Source of the DNA: Mobula hypostoma
Lineage: Eukaryota
Length of the DNA: 64,000 bases
Assembly: GCF_963921235.1 (NCBI RefSeq)
Contig: NC_086118.1
Location: forward strand, 22,940,001 to 23,004,000
Direction of reading: 5' to 3'
Part shown: positions 26,375-36,717 of the stretch, piece after piece
Layout: every line of letters begins with the position of its first letter
How positions within the stretch are numbered: the first letter of the stretch is position 1
The notes under the pieces: generated by a model
Told to the model about the DNA's origin: nothing
What the model saw: the letters and a program-made list of their open reading frames with translations, nothing else
The model's database searches: none
Position numbers and translations under genes: made by a program

Positions 26375-27120
26375 GGTGCTGCTTCTTGAAGGCGACATCC
26401 TTTATCAAGGATCCCTGCCATCTAGGTCATTCCATCTTCTTGTAGCTACCATCGGGCAGGGTTCAGATTCAATTATTTATCGCCTGTACATCAAGACAGA
26501 CATTAAAATGTGTCATTGGCTTTAACAAACAACACAACCTAAAGATGTGCTGGGGACACCCGGCAAGTGTGGCAACACATAGCATGCCCATTGTTTCAGA
26601 GGAAGACCACAGAACACAACAAGCAACAAAACAAGCCCCTTTCCTCCCTCCCACACACCCATACAGACAGACATTAAATCCCAGAACAGGCTGCCGGCCA
26701 CCCAGCAGACTCATGGACAATGGGCCCCCGACTTCCCAGTGTACAGAAGCCTAAGGTCCCACATCAGCAGGTTCAAGAACATCTACTTCCCTTCTTGAAC
26801 CAAAAAGCACCACCTTAATAACTACAATTTAGCAGCACTGTGACCACTTTGATCACTTTGCACTAGAATGGTGCAACTGTAACGAAAACCAATTTCCCCC
26901 GGGATCAATAAAGTATGACTATGACTATGACTATGACTATGACTAAAATGGACTTTGTTTTGTTTTGTTCGAAATGTGCTCTTTCTTATAAAAACTGTGC
27001 ATACTGTAATTTATGTTAATTATTTATTTTTTCTGAACGCTGCTTATCTGATGCCTTGTGCCTGTGGTACTGCTGCAAGTCAGTTTTTCACTTCTGCCTG
27101 TAACAATAATTTGGACTCAT
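26375..27120 (+). mobile_element. L2/Rex-like 3' remnant containing a family-Y SINE (26462-26740) and a Rex1 3' tip (26869-26944)
   Basis: Host sequence CTACCATCGGGCAGG|...|GTACAGAAGCCTAAGGTCCCAC is split by the SINE. 26869-26944 equals the 3' end of the element at 36718 plus (ATGACT)5. Confidence 0.65.
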
Positions 27121-27402
27121 TTCCAGTAAAGTCTTCTGCTTTTTTGTCTTGTAACACAAGTAGTACTCTCCTGTACCACTTTACAAATCTCAGTCACACT
27201 TCGATGTCAACATGTAATTGCCTATGTGAACATTTGGAATGGAAGTCTTTTAAGTAAACACCAGCCTGGAATAATGCAGCTAACACCAAATCAGTCAGTA
27301 GTGTTATGGCGGATGCTGTGATGTCATTTCCTGTAATGTTCGTACCATCTTGTGTGTAAACCACGTGAGAAAGAACCTTTCCTATATACACCTGCAATCT
27401 GG

Positions 27403-27567
27403 CACTCAGCAGGTCAGGGAGCACCTATGGAAAGGGATAAAGAGTTGACACCTCAGGCCCTGAAATGTCGACTGTTTATTCCTTTCATAGATGCTGCCTG
27501 ACCTGTTGAGTTCCTCCAGCATTTTGCATGTGTTACTCTAGATTTCCAACACCTGCAGTCTTTTGTG
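27403..27567. mobile_element. Palindromic Penelope-derived mini-element
   Basis: ACTCAGCAGGTCAGG...AGTTGAC and GAAATGTCGACTG...CTGACCTGTTGAGT form inverted arms. Confidence 0.65.
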
Positions 27568-27644
27568 TTAATGGCTTCCCACAGTGATGTGTGATGTTGT
27601 GATATTCTGAAGGTGACTTTAAGAGATACTGTGATTCTATTGGA

Positions 27645-27960
27645 TAGGTGGTGCTTCTCCCTGACTCCTCCAGTAAACTGATTCAATACTGATGTCCAGT
27701 TCTATATCTGTTGAATTTGCATGTTCTCTCCTTGAGTGCGTGGACTTCCACTGAGCGCTCCAGTTTCCTCCCTTATCACGGTCATAAGAGAATTACTGCT
27801 TTAAATTATCCCCGGTATAGATAGGGGGTAGGAGCATCAGTGGGACCAAATGAGCAGGTGAGAGAGAAAAGGTTACAGGAAGTAAGAAAATTTGGCCTGG
27901 CAGAGTTGCTATGAGAACTGACATAGACGGCAGATTGTAAGAACCCCTTCTACATCATAA
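27645..27960 (+). mobile_element. V-SINE (HE1-like) remnant
   Basis: 'TCTGTTGAATTTGCATGTTCTCTCCTTGAGTGCGTGGACTTCC...GCTCCAGTTTCCTCCC' matches the V-SINE central conserved domain. Confidence 0.7.
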
Positions 27961-29779
27961 AGATATGAGAAAATAATATCCCAGACCCTTGGAAGATTAA
28001 ATCATAGGGCAGGACTTGTTAGCCAAAACTGAGGGTTAGCTATGTCAATGCTGAATGGTGGAACAGGTCCAGAATGGCAATTGACCTACTTCAATTCCAA
28101 GCTGCTATTTATCTCTATTTTTATGGATGGTACAAAATAAATCACTTTTTACACATAGTCATGAAGGTTGCTAAATTAAGGGTCTTTGTTTTCACTCCAT
28201 GCTTGCGTGCACTGAACAGTGCAATTCTGATAGATATTGACAGCTGAACTGAGCTGTCTGTAAGATCAGGCCTCCCTACTTATCAACATGAAATTTAGAT
28301 GATGGGTGTCTTCAGCCAGCTTACTGGAAAAGTAAGACCGACTTGATTTCAGCAGTCACCGTGGAAAACCATAAAGGTGACTGGGGTAAGTTGAAGGTAG
28401 TTGGTCTACTGGGAGGGAGAGTGAGGTGATCACAATGAAGGGTGTCGGTAATCAGGAAGAACAATCTATAGTGATTGGCGACTGGATTGAGAAACATTGT
28501 GTTATGCTGCATGGACACTTTGGAGTGGACAATGCTTTTAGCTGGCAATTGCACTTGACATTATGGTTGGGTCTCTCACCTCCAGAAACATTAAAGTTTG
28601 TTTTACGTACATCCTATTGGCTGTAACCTGCAGGCCCCCTTCCTATTTTTGTTCCCTTTCCCACCCTCTCCTCATTCCCCCACACACCACCCCACTTCTC
28701 CGTTTCTTGGACAGTCTGTTGAATTAAACACCTGGAATATACTGACTGCAGTCAGGGCCCTGTAATGTGGAAAGTACTTCAGGGAGGACCTGAGCCCATG
28801 TTTGAAATTGCAAAGGTCTTAATACCCATTTCTCGGGTGAATACTGGCAAGTTTTTGTTCAACTGACGCAGTATGGTATATGAACAACGTGTACTACTCT
28901 GTCTGCCTGGTATGTTACTGGATAGGAAGCTGTTAAGTATCTAGAAAACAGGTGCTGTATGGTCAAACTTCTAGACCACAATTTTCAATATAGCACATTC
29001 CTTTGTTTATAAGTGGGAGAAAGTCCCCACGGGCAACAAAGGAAGTTCAATAGATCTTGTTCAGCACTGTTGAAAAATGTGGACGTGTCTCTCCCAAGGG
29101 GATGCTGGATGTAAAGCTCTCATCGAAAATATTCTTGTGTCTGTTTTATGATGAAACTACTCGCTACCTCGGGGAAAACTGGATGAAAATGTAAATGAAA
29201 GCAGATCATATTAAAAATAAGAGAATTGTTTCTTTTCAACTGCTAACAACAATCTTCACACATGCAGCATATCAAAGGGAAAATGTTAAATGTTATGTCG
29301 AGACACACTGGCAAACTTCTCTGCCTAACGTCGAAGGTGTTTGACTTTCTTTTAAAGAGCAAGTACCATGCATCCAAAATATTTGCCCATTTTGGATCTT
29401 GCGTTTAATCTTCAGCACTATGCCTGGTATTGTTCCACAGTACAAATAGATACGGACTCGGTTGATTGAAGGAGACACGAGTGACTGCAAATGCTGGAAA
29501 ACTGGAGCAACACACAGTCTGCTGGAGGAACCTAGCAGGTCAAGCAGCATCAATGAGAGGAAAGAGATTGTTGGCATTTGGGGAAAAAAAAAGTAAGGTC
29601 CCGAGGATCAGAAAGGGATGGGGAGAGAGGCGGGGGCGCGGAGAAGGGAAAACTGACAGTGCGGGGGTTGGAGCTTACCTAAAATTGGACAATTCAATTT
29701 TCATCTCTTGAGAAGCAACACCTTATCTTCCACCTAGGTAATCTGTAACCCAATTACATGAATATGAATATTGGTATAT

Positions 29780-29964
29780 GGGCTGTCAGGGAGGGGTAGC
29801 ACCTCTGGTGGGGGAACATGTCGTGTCCTTTTCAGGGCGGTTAGTCCACCTTTGGTCCCCACCTGGCACTCAGCTCTCACCTGTGTCTCCCCGTAGCTGT
29901 TTGCATGTGACAGCGGCCACACCCCGGGCAACGTCTTCGATAAGCCGGCTAAACCAGGCGAGGG
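29780..29964 (+). ncRNA. HDV-like self-cleaving ribozyme (slightly decayed copy)
   Basis: P1 GGGCTGT (29780-86)/ACACCCC (29919-25). P2 CTCTCACCTG (29874-83)/CAGGCGAGGG (29955-64). P3 GTC/GCC. L3 TCCCCGT. P1.1 CC/GG (29926-27). GCAA, then P4 CGTCTT/AAGCCG, then G-C(29949)-TAAA. Confidence 0.7.
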
Positions 29965-30330
29965 TAGCTGACGGGTCTCAAACCCTCGGTGAGATAGGGA
30001 GTTGTCTATCCCAGCATGTGAAGACAGACTCCGGCAGATTGAGCGGACGGGACCAATGAAAGGTCCGATCGTCAAGAAGGCGGTCTCTGCAAGCGTTGTG
30101 GAACGTGCAGAGCAGGACAAGACACAGGAGATGTCCTGGACATCCACTGCGCCTAGTCCCATCTCCAGCTGTTTTGAGTCTGTCTTGCCACTGGATCCAG
30201 ATGGGAATTGGGAAGAGAGAGTGAGGCTGATGCTGCGCAACTCTCCCTCACTTAAATCCAAATCACACGCTAGTCTCAACACCATCTGGTGTCGAGGTCC
30301 TCATCGACGTCAACGATGGATGAACAACAA
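29780..30330 (+). mobile_element. Non-coding ~550 bp retroelement (RTE-like derivative) with (AAC)n tail
   Basis: CpG-rich insert interrupting the Penelope remnant. CATGAATAT is duplicated at 29757-29765 and 30331-30339 (TSD). Ends GATGAACAACAA. Confidence 0.75.
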
Positions 30331-30825
30331 CATGAATATTAAGCTTTCCAATTTTGGGTAACCCCCTTCTCTCTTTCCTTTATTTTCCCTCTCCTTCTGG
30401 TCCACTGGTTCTTCCATTTTTGTTCCCCTTCCCACCCCTTTACCCATATTTATCCCCTTCCCCCTCCTGTCTCCATCCACTCACTTCATATACAGGTTCC
30501 ACCTACTCACCGCATTCCCCATCTTGGTTCACATCTCCTCTAATGGCTCCCATTCTCATCTCCTTTACTTAACCAAATCCCGTCCTAATAGTTTCTGTGT
30601 TCCTGCTTAACCAGCAAGTGTCTTCCATCTTCACACATGAGTTTAGAGGAAAGGAGGGGGCATCTCACTGAAACTTATTGAAAGGCCTGGATTTAGTGGA
30701 CTTGGAGAGGATGATGGTAGGATTAAATGTTCTCGTGATTAGACTAGAGTTAAATTGACAGTTTGCTAGGCAGCACGGCTTGAAGAACCAGAAGGGCCTA
30801 TTCCGTGCTGTATCTCAAAAAATAA

Positions 30826-30858
30826 TTAATAAATAAATAAATAAATAAATAAATAAAT
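30826..30858. repeat. (AAAT)n microsatellite
   Basis: About 8 tandem AAAT units. Confidence 0.9.
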
Positions 30859-31145
30859 AGTGGGAGAGTCTTGGACCAGAGAGCACAGCCTCAGAAAACA
30901 AGGACATCTTTAAAACAGAGATGAGGAGGAATCTGTAGGATTCCTTACCCCAGACAGCTTTGGAGGCCAAGTTATTGAGTATATTCAAAGCAGAGTTTGA
31001 TAGGTTCTTCGTTAGTAAGGACATCAAGGGTTACGGGGAGAAGGCAGGAGAATGGGGTTGAGGGGAAAAATAAATCAGCATGATCAAATGGCAGAGCAGA
31101 CTCGATGGGCTGAGTGGCCAAATTCTGCTCCTCTGTCTTATGGTC
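30859..31145 (+). mobile_element. CR1 3' end fragment
   Basis: CR1 3' UTR GGCAGGAGAATGGGGTTGAG...AATTCTGCTCC, shared with 24790, 40390 and 60440. Confidence 0.8.
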
Positions 31146-31355
31146 ACTCCCCTCCCCTCCACTTTGTTCCATCTGTTGTTGTTTATCTCTCTTTTTGTCT
31201 GCCTCTATCATTCTTCCTCTGAGTTTCCTAACTCCATCCCTACTCATTTCCCCTACCTGGCACTACCTTGTCACTTTACACCCCTCCCCAGTCCACCAAT
31301 CACATCTGAATCCTTCCTTGCTGCTCTCCTTCTCCTCTCAATGCTGGTCATGTCT

Positions 31356-32310
31356 TCGTGATTTTTATAAAAGACCTAGATGAGGAAGTGGAGGCTTGGG
31401 TTAGTAAATTTGTTGATGACACAAAGGTTGGGGGTGTTGGGTGTTGTGGAGGGCTGTCAGAGGTTACAGCAGGACATTGATAGGATGCAAAACTGAGCTG
31501 ACAAGTGGCAGATGGAGATCAACCCAGATAAGTGTGAGGTGGTTCATTTTGGTAGGTCAAATATGATGGCAGAATAAAGCATTAGTAGTAAGACTCTTGG
31601 CAGTGTGGAGGATCAGAGGGAAATTGGGGTCCGAGTCTATAGGACACTCAAAGCTGCTATGCAGGTTGACTCTGTGGTTAAGAAGGCATACGGTATATCG
31701 GCCTTCATCAACCATGGGATTGAGCTTAAGAGCCCAGAGGTAATGTTGCAGCTATATAGGACCCTGATCAGACCCTACTTGGAGTACTGAGCTCAGTTCT
31801 GATCGCCTCACTACAGGAAGGACGTGGGAACCATAGAAAGGGTGCAGAGGAGATTTACAAGGATGTTGCCTGGATTGGGCAGCATGCCTAGTGAGAATCG
31901 ATTGAGTGAACTCGACCTTTTCTCCTTGGAGTGACGGATGATGAGAGGTGACCTGATAGAGGTGTATAAGATGATGAGACGCATTGATCGTGTGGATAGT
32001 CAGAGGCTTTTTTCCAGGGCTGAAATGGCTAGCATGAGAGGGCAGTTTTAAGGTGCTTGGAAAGAGGTACAGAGGAGATGTCAGGAGTAAGTTTTTTACA
32101 CAGAGAGTGGTGAGTGCGTGGAATGGGCCGGCGACGGCGGTGGTGGAGGCGGAAATGGTAGGGTCTTTTAAGAGACTCCTGGATAGGTACATGGAGCTCA
32201 GAAAAATAGAGGGCTATGGGTAAGCCTAGGTAGTTCTAAGGTAGGGACATGTTCAGCACAGCTTTGTGGGCCGAAGGGCCTGTATCATGCTGTAGGTTTT
32301 CTATGTTTCA
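31356..32310 (+). mobile_element. CR1 LINE 3' ~950 bp (same subfamily as 17303-21452)
   Basis: 'SKFVDDTKVGG', 'LYRTLIRPYLEY'; 3' end GCTGTAGGTTTTCTATGTTTC. Confidence 0.92.
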
Positions 32311-33439
32311 ATGTCACCTCTCCACTCTTGGTTCTGATGCACAGTTTCAGCCAGAAACTCTCCAATACTGCTTGACCCAGTGAGTTCCTCCAGCAGATTG
32401 TTTGTCTCCCTGTCTATTGGAGGGGTAGATCATTCATCAGTATACCAATGACAAGCCGTTTTTTGAACTTGTATTGGTGCACAAGGTAAATCTGATAAAA
32501 TTCACAAGTCATGGTTAAAGCTCTCATTTATTTTGAAATGCTGCCTGCTATTTCCATCCTGTATTAGAATACACGGAAATGAATCTTGGCTGCATCTCAC
32601 AGTTCCAGCACGCCTGTATTACTTGCTGCAGCAGTTTGGAATGAGTAAGTAGCTGCCACACCGAGGTTAGGGCTCGGAGTAATTTGCTGTGAACGTTTTG
32701 AAAGTCAAGAGTTAAGTAGTGTTTTGCAACCTCCCATAACGCGAAACAAATGCCTTGGATCAGTTTGGGGCCTTTCCAGAGATCCGTTTTCTGATGCTAT
32801 TATCTTGAATGCTTAAGGTTGCCAAGGACTATTCCTTCTGACGCGGCTTTGGTTGTACAGGCACTGGCCAGTGAGTAATGCTCGGAAGTTGGAGAAATGA
32901 ATAATGGTACTTTCAGTTTGCCATCATCATCTGTCCCAAAGCTATTACTGCCCTCGGAGAACAATCTAGCTGATATAATGTGTAATCACAGCTGGTAAAT
33001 CAGGGCTTCACACCTCTCCAGCTGTCAGGTCGAAACTTGATTGGTCGGCAAACCAGCAGTTTGTTTAGTTTGGTTGTTGTTCATCCAGCTGATTCTGGCT
33101 TACTACTCCTTTCAATTCTTTTTCTTTTTCCACTTCCTTGTTTTCCACACTTTAATTATTAATTGTAAGTTCTGAATTCAGACAGAGTTTTTCTTTGCCT
33201 GCTCGGTATGCATTGGCGGCATGCTGGAGTACTACTCAGTAGTAACTCTTGACGGGCCACGTCACGCTGGCTGTGGCCAGCATTTCTGGTGTTCAGCCAT
33301 TCCTACGGAGAAAGGACCGGTCCGCTCGCATGAGTTGTGAGTCTCTCAACTTATTCTCCCAGTGGCGCAAAGTCCTGCTTTTTCTTTGGGAATTGCAAGC
33401 TGGAGCCAGTATCATGTCAGCTCTGGCACTGAATCTGAG

Positions 33440-33682
33440 TGTTAGGTTTTGTAACTTCAAAACATTAAATTAATTCAAAAGATAACGCGGGATTCCAAAA
33501 TATGGGTGTAACAGAGTTTACTTAAAGCAAGGTGCGCACATGTCACATGGTAGCATGATGACATATGCAATTAGTATATCTTTACATATAGCCCATAATT
33601 ACTTATTTAAATGTACAATACTTAATCAAACAACATATACACAAGATTACACAAATAAGATTGAAAAATTAAATACACAACA
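33440..33682 (-). mobile_element. Gypsy solo LTR with 5-bp TSD
   Basis: TG...CA ends, with CTGAG duplicated at 33435-39 and 33683-87. The reverse complement ends GTTACAAAACCTAACA like the LTRs at 53106 and 35310. Confidence 0.85.
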
Positions 33683-34174
33683 CTGAGACTCTGCATTCAA
33701 AGGGCATGCAAATGATGAGGAAAAGTGGAAGTAAGTTCACCCGATACTTTTAAAAATTTCGAAGTGTTTTATGTGTTTTTAACTTCTTAATTTTCATTAT
33801 GTTTATTTTATGCATTATTAACTTAATTTTTGATAGTTCATCAATGTTTTAGGAAGTAATTTTCAACTCCTATAACAGTTTTGTAAAAGAGCTCGCTGTC
33901 CTTCCTCATGTCAGTGGAGATCCAGGGCAGGAGCTACGCACAATACCATCCATGATTTCTTGCCACAGGAGTCAGAGGTAGGCAAGATAGTGAGCTTTGT
34001 CCAGCCCAGGTGAGCATGTTCATGTGAATATACAAGATGGTAATTCTGGCCACAACGTCCAGTCTGGTATAATCTGCTAACTGTCTTCAGGTGGGAAGAA
34101 AGCTAATATGAACATGTGATACTGCATCCTGTTCAGCACTGCCCACCTCTTGAAAATAAATAAATAGCAGATTT

Positions 34175-34370
34175 TGAATATCTGAAATATTGTTGAAAGT
34201 GCTAGTAGTTCTCAGTAAGTTGGACAGCATTTGTAGAAAGAGAAACAGAATTAAATGTTTCCGTATTAGTTCCAACAAAAGCTCCTGGACCTGAAACACT
34301 AACTCTGGTTTGTCTTTCCACAGATGCTGCCTGACCGGCTGTGTTTCCAGCATTTTACGTTTTTATTGGG
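34175..34370. mobile_element. Older palindromic Penelope-derived mini-element
   Basis: Inverted arms CAGCATTTGTAGAAAGAGAAACAGA and TCTGGTTTGTCTTTCCACAGATGCTG. Confidence 0.55.
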
Positions 34371-35086
34371 AACATCTTACTGACTAAATCTCAGTTACCT
34401 TTGTTTCCAGTTGGAAAAAGGTTTGGTGGATGGAATCCCTCAGGAATCATTGAATTACTGAACTCCTGACCTCACCAATCCCACCCTGTAGTACTGGGAG
34501 CTTAACCTCCCAGCTTGTAAGTCAGTAACCCATCTCCAATAGCCATATCTGGATCTTTGTGTGATAAGAGGACATTGGGAGAGATCTCAGGAAGGAATGG
34601 TGTTATAAGTTCAGTCTCAGATTCTGGGAATTAGAGAAGGGAGTCTTCCTGGACAGGAGGAAGCAGGTATCTGGGGTAGTGGAAATGGTGGAATACATCT
34701 CAGCTCCACAGGAGTTGACTATTGTACATATGTTCTTAGATGATGTCCTCTAAGAAGTAAGATGTCTACACCCAGTTATCTCATTGTCATAATTCATTGG
34801 TGGACATCTCATTTAGCACCAGAGATGAAGTTGGTGTCATTCCCCGATGGGAGCGCCAATGCCATGTGAAGTAATGTACAAGAGTAAGAGTAAACACTTA
34901 AGAAAGTTCATTCAACATGCCAAAAGCTGGAGGAACTCAGCAGGTAAGGCAGCATCTATGAAGGAAAATAGATAGCCAATGTTTTACGTTGAGACACTTC
35001 CTTAGGACTGAAAAGAAAGTATGGAGAAGCCAGAGGGGGTGGATTGTAAGCTGCTGGGTGGATATGTGAATCTAAGTGAGAGGGAG

Positions 35087-35310
35087 TTTAGTGTTTAATA
35101 TTGTAAATACATTGTTAGATTAAGCATTCTTTATTGTTTACATAATTCATTACAGGTTATATGTAAAAGTACGTGAATGGCCTACGGCTTTATGTCACCA
35201 TGTCGTAGGTGCATGCTTCGCTAAAAGTAAAGTGAAACTAAACACATGCCTCTCCCGGCTCCATGTTTTTCTTTCAATTTAGTTTATGTTTTGGAGTTAC
35301 AAACGTAACA
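35087..35310 (+). mobile_element. Gypsy solo LTR
   Basis: AATATTGTAAATACATTG...TTAAGCATT...TTTTGGAGTTACAAACGTAACA matches the LTRs at 58775 and 60735. Confidence 0.75.
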
Positions 35311-35544
35311 GGGGAAGACCGGCAGGGGAGAGAAGTGGAAATGATTTAAGAGACTGGAAGGTGATAGTTGGAAGCGACAAAGGACTGGAGAAGATGGAAT
35401 CTGATAAGAGAGGTCAGTGGACCCTGGAATAAAGAGAAGGAGGTGAGGAGTGAACCAGAGGGAAGAGTGTGTGTGTGAGGGCAAATTGAGAGGGGAGGTA
35501 AGAGAAATGGTGTGTGGGGCATTGGGAAAAGGAAAACAAAAGGT

Positions 35545-35750
35545 ATCTTCTCCTATCATTTTGGATATCCCCCTCCCACTCCCACTTTCAAATCTCTTTC
35601 TAGCTCTTCTTTCAGTTAGTCCTGACGAAGGGTCTCGGCCCGAAACGTCGACTGTACCTCTTCCTAGAGATGCTGCCTGGCCTGCTGTGTTCACCAGCAA
35701 CTTTTATATGTGTTGCTTGAAATTCCGGCATCTGCAGATTTCCTCGTGTG
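35545..35750 (+). mobile_element. Young Penelope-like 3' terminal-repeat fragment
   Basis: Near-identical to 16510-16680 and to the reverse complement of 41830-42000. Confidence 0.85.
35617..35654 (+). ncRNA. Minimal type I hammerhead ribozyme motif
   Basis: TAGTC-CTGACGA-A-GGGT(CTCG)GCCC-GAAA-CG-TC|GACTG: stem I, CUGANGA, stem II, GAAA, palindromic ACGT stem III, GUC cleavage triplet. Confidence 0.75.
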
Positions 35751-36262
35751 GACAGAAGGAAATGGTTACAGGAAGTTGGAGAAATTAATATTCATGGCAT
35801 CAGTTTGGAGACTTCTAAGACTGGATTTGAGGTGCTGTTCCTTTAATCTGCATCTGTACTCAGTTTGATAGTAGAAAAGGCCATGGTTGGATATGTTGGC
35901 ATAGAAATGAGAAGTAGAATTAAAATGGCTGACTATTTAAATGCCTGAGCCATTTGTTCAGATGCTTCCCACTCTCATTTTCCTTTCCAATTTCACTTGA
36001 ATTATTTTTTTTTATTTATGTATATCTCATTTCTAAATTAGGAGCATATTTCCCTAGTTGGATTAATAATCTTTACATTCAAATGCTCCCCACTCCACTT
36101 CCCAATCATCTAGTCAGCCCCTCACTTTTCTTTTCTAGGTGTCCATTCAATGCTGACTAGTTTGAAGTTGACTGGAGTGAAGAATCATTATTCCGATTAT
36201 ACTCCCTAGTATATGACTTTATTAAGACAATCTTCTTGTTGAAATACCATCTCTTCTCCAAG

Positions 36263-36679
36263 AATCATCACCTTGTCATGGTGGAGAGGGTTTGAGATCC
36301 CAAGAGCACTGCCTTCTGGAGCTTCGCACCTGGTAGTGTTAACCATGGTGGTAAGGACAAGGGAGCGGTTCCATACAAAGAGCCATCCAACTAATGCCTC
36401 AGAGATGGAGCTGTCGGAAGAGGATGAAGCATCACAATGGCAGTGAAGACAGAGGACAGTTGCAGCAGTGAAGGGTCCCCAGTCGTCTTCCATTGGATCC
36501 TGACCCTGATCTGTCAAGGATCGTGAGGTGACTGCTCATGCATCAGCCCCCCAACATTAAACAAAGTCACACATAGTCGTCTTCATTAAGGGAATCACCC
36601 TAACATCCCAGATTAAGTTACCCACCAAAAGACAACCCCTAAGGAGAACACCATACTCGACTTGAGTGATCGCACTACT
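36263..36679 (+). mobile_element. Non-autonomous RTE (Expander/Rex3-like 5' UTR) derivative
   Basis: 5' CACCTTGTCATGGTGGAGAGGGTTTG resembles RTE 5' UTRs. Degenerate ~19 bp TSD AATACCAT..T...CCAA at 36243 and 36680. A partial second copy lies at 43045-43235. Confidence 0.6.
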
Positions 36680-36717
36680 AATACCATTTATCTGCCAATG
36701 CTCCTATGTTTGATATG

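Larger units (their letters stand above)
29465..30600. mobile_element. Penelope-like remnant with inverted halves, host of the 29780 insertion
   Basis: Minus-strand terminal repeat at 29465-29705. The plus-strand 'EKQHLIFHLGNL*P..MNI' is split at 29765/30331 and followed by a pyrimidine-rich UTR. Confidence 0.65.
34915..35940 (-). mobile_element. Degraded Penelope-like element with nested solo LTR and younger Penelope fragment
   Basis: Terminal repeat at 34915-35010, purine-rich UTR, and GIY-YIG C-terminal remnant at 35770-35940. Confidence 0.6.

Noticed and set aside
27194-27424. 76-aa protein-like ORF as a host exon
   Set aside because: Its start and apparent acceptor lie in or next to a Penelope repeat, and the peptide is not recognised.
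28353-28383. Hairpin CAGTCACC-GTGG-AAAA-CCAT-AAA-GGTGACTG
   Set aside because: A short inverted repeat like this is expected by chance in 64 kb, and it is too short for a pre-miRNA.
29734-30361. 183-aa and 119-aa ORFs over the ribozyme-bearing element
   Set aside because: They have no recognisable domain and cross the insertion boundaries.
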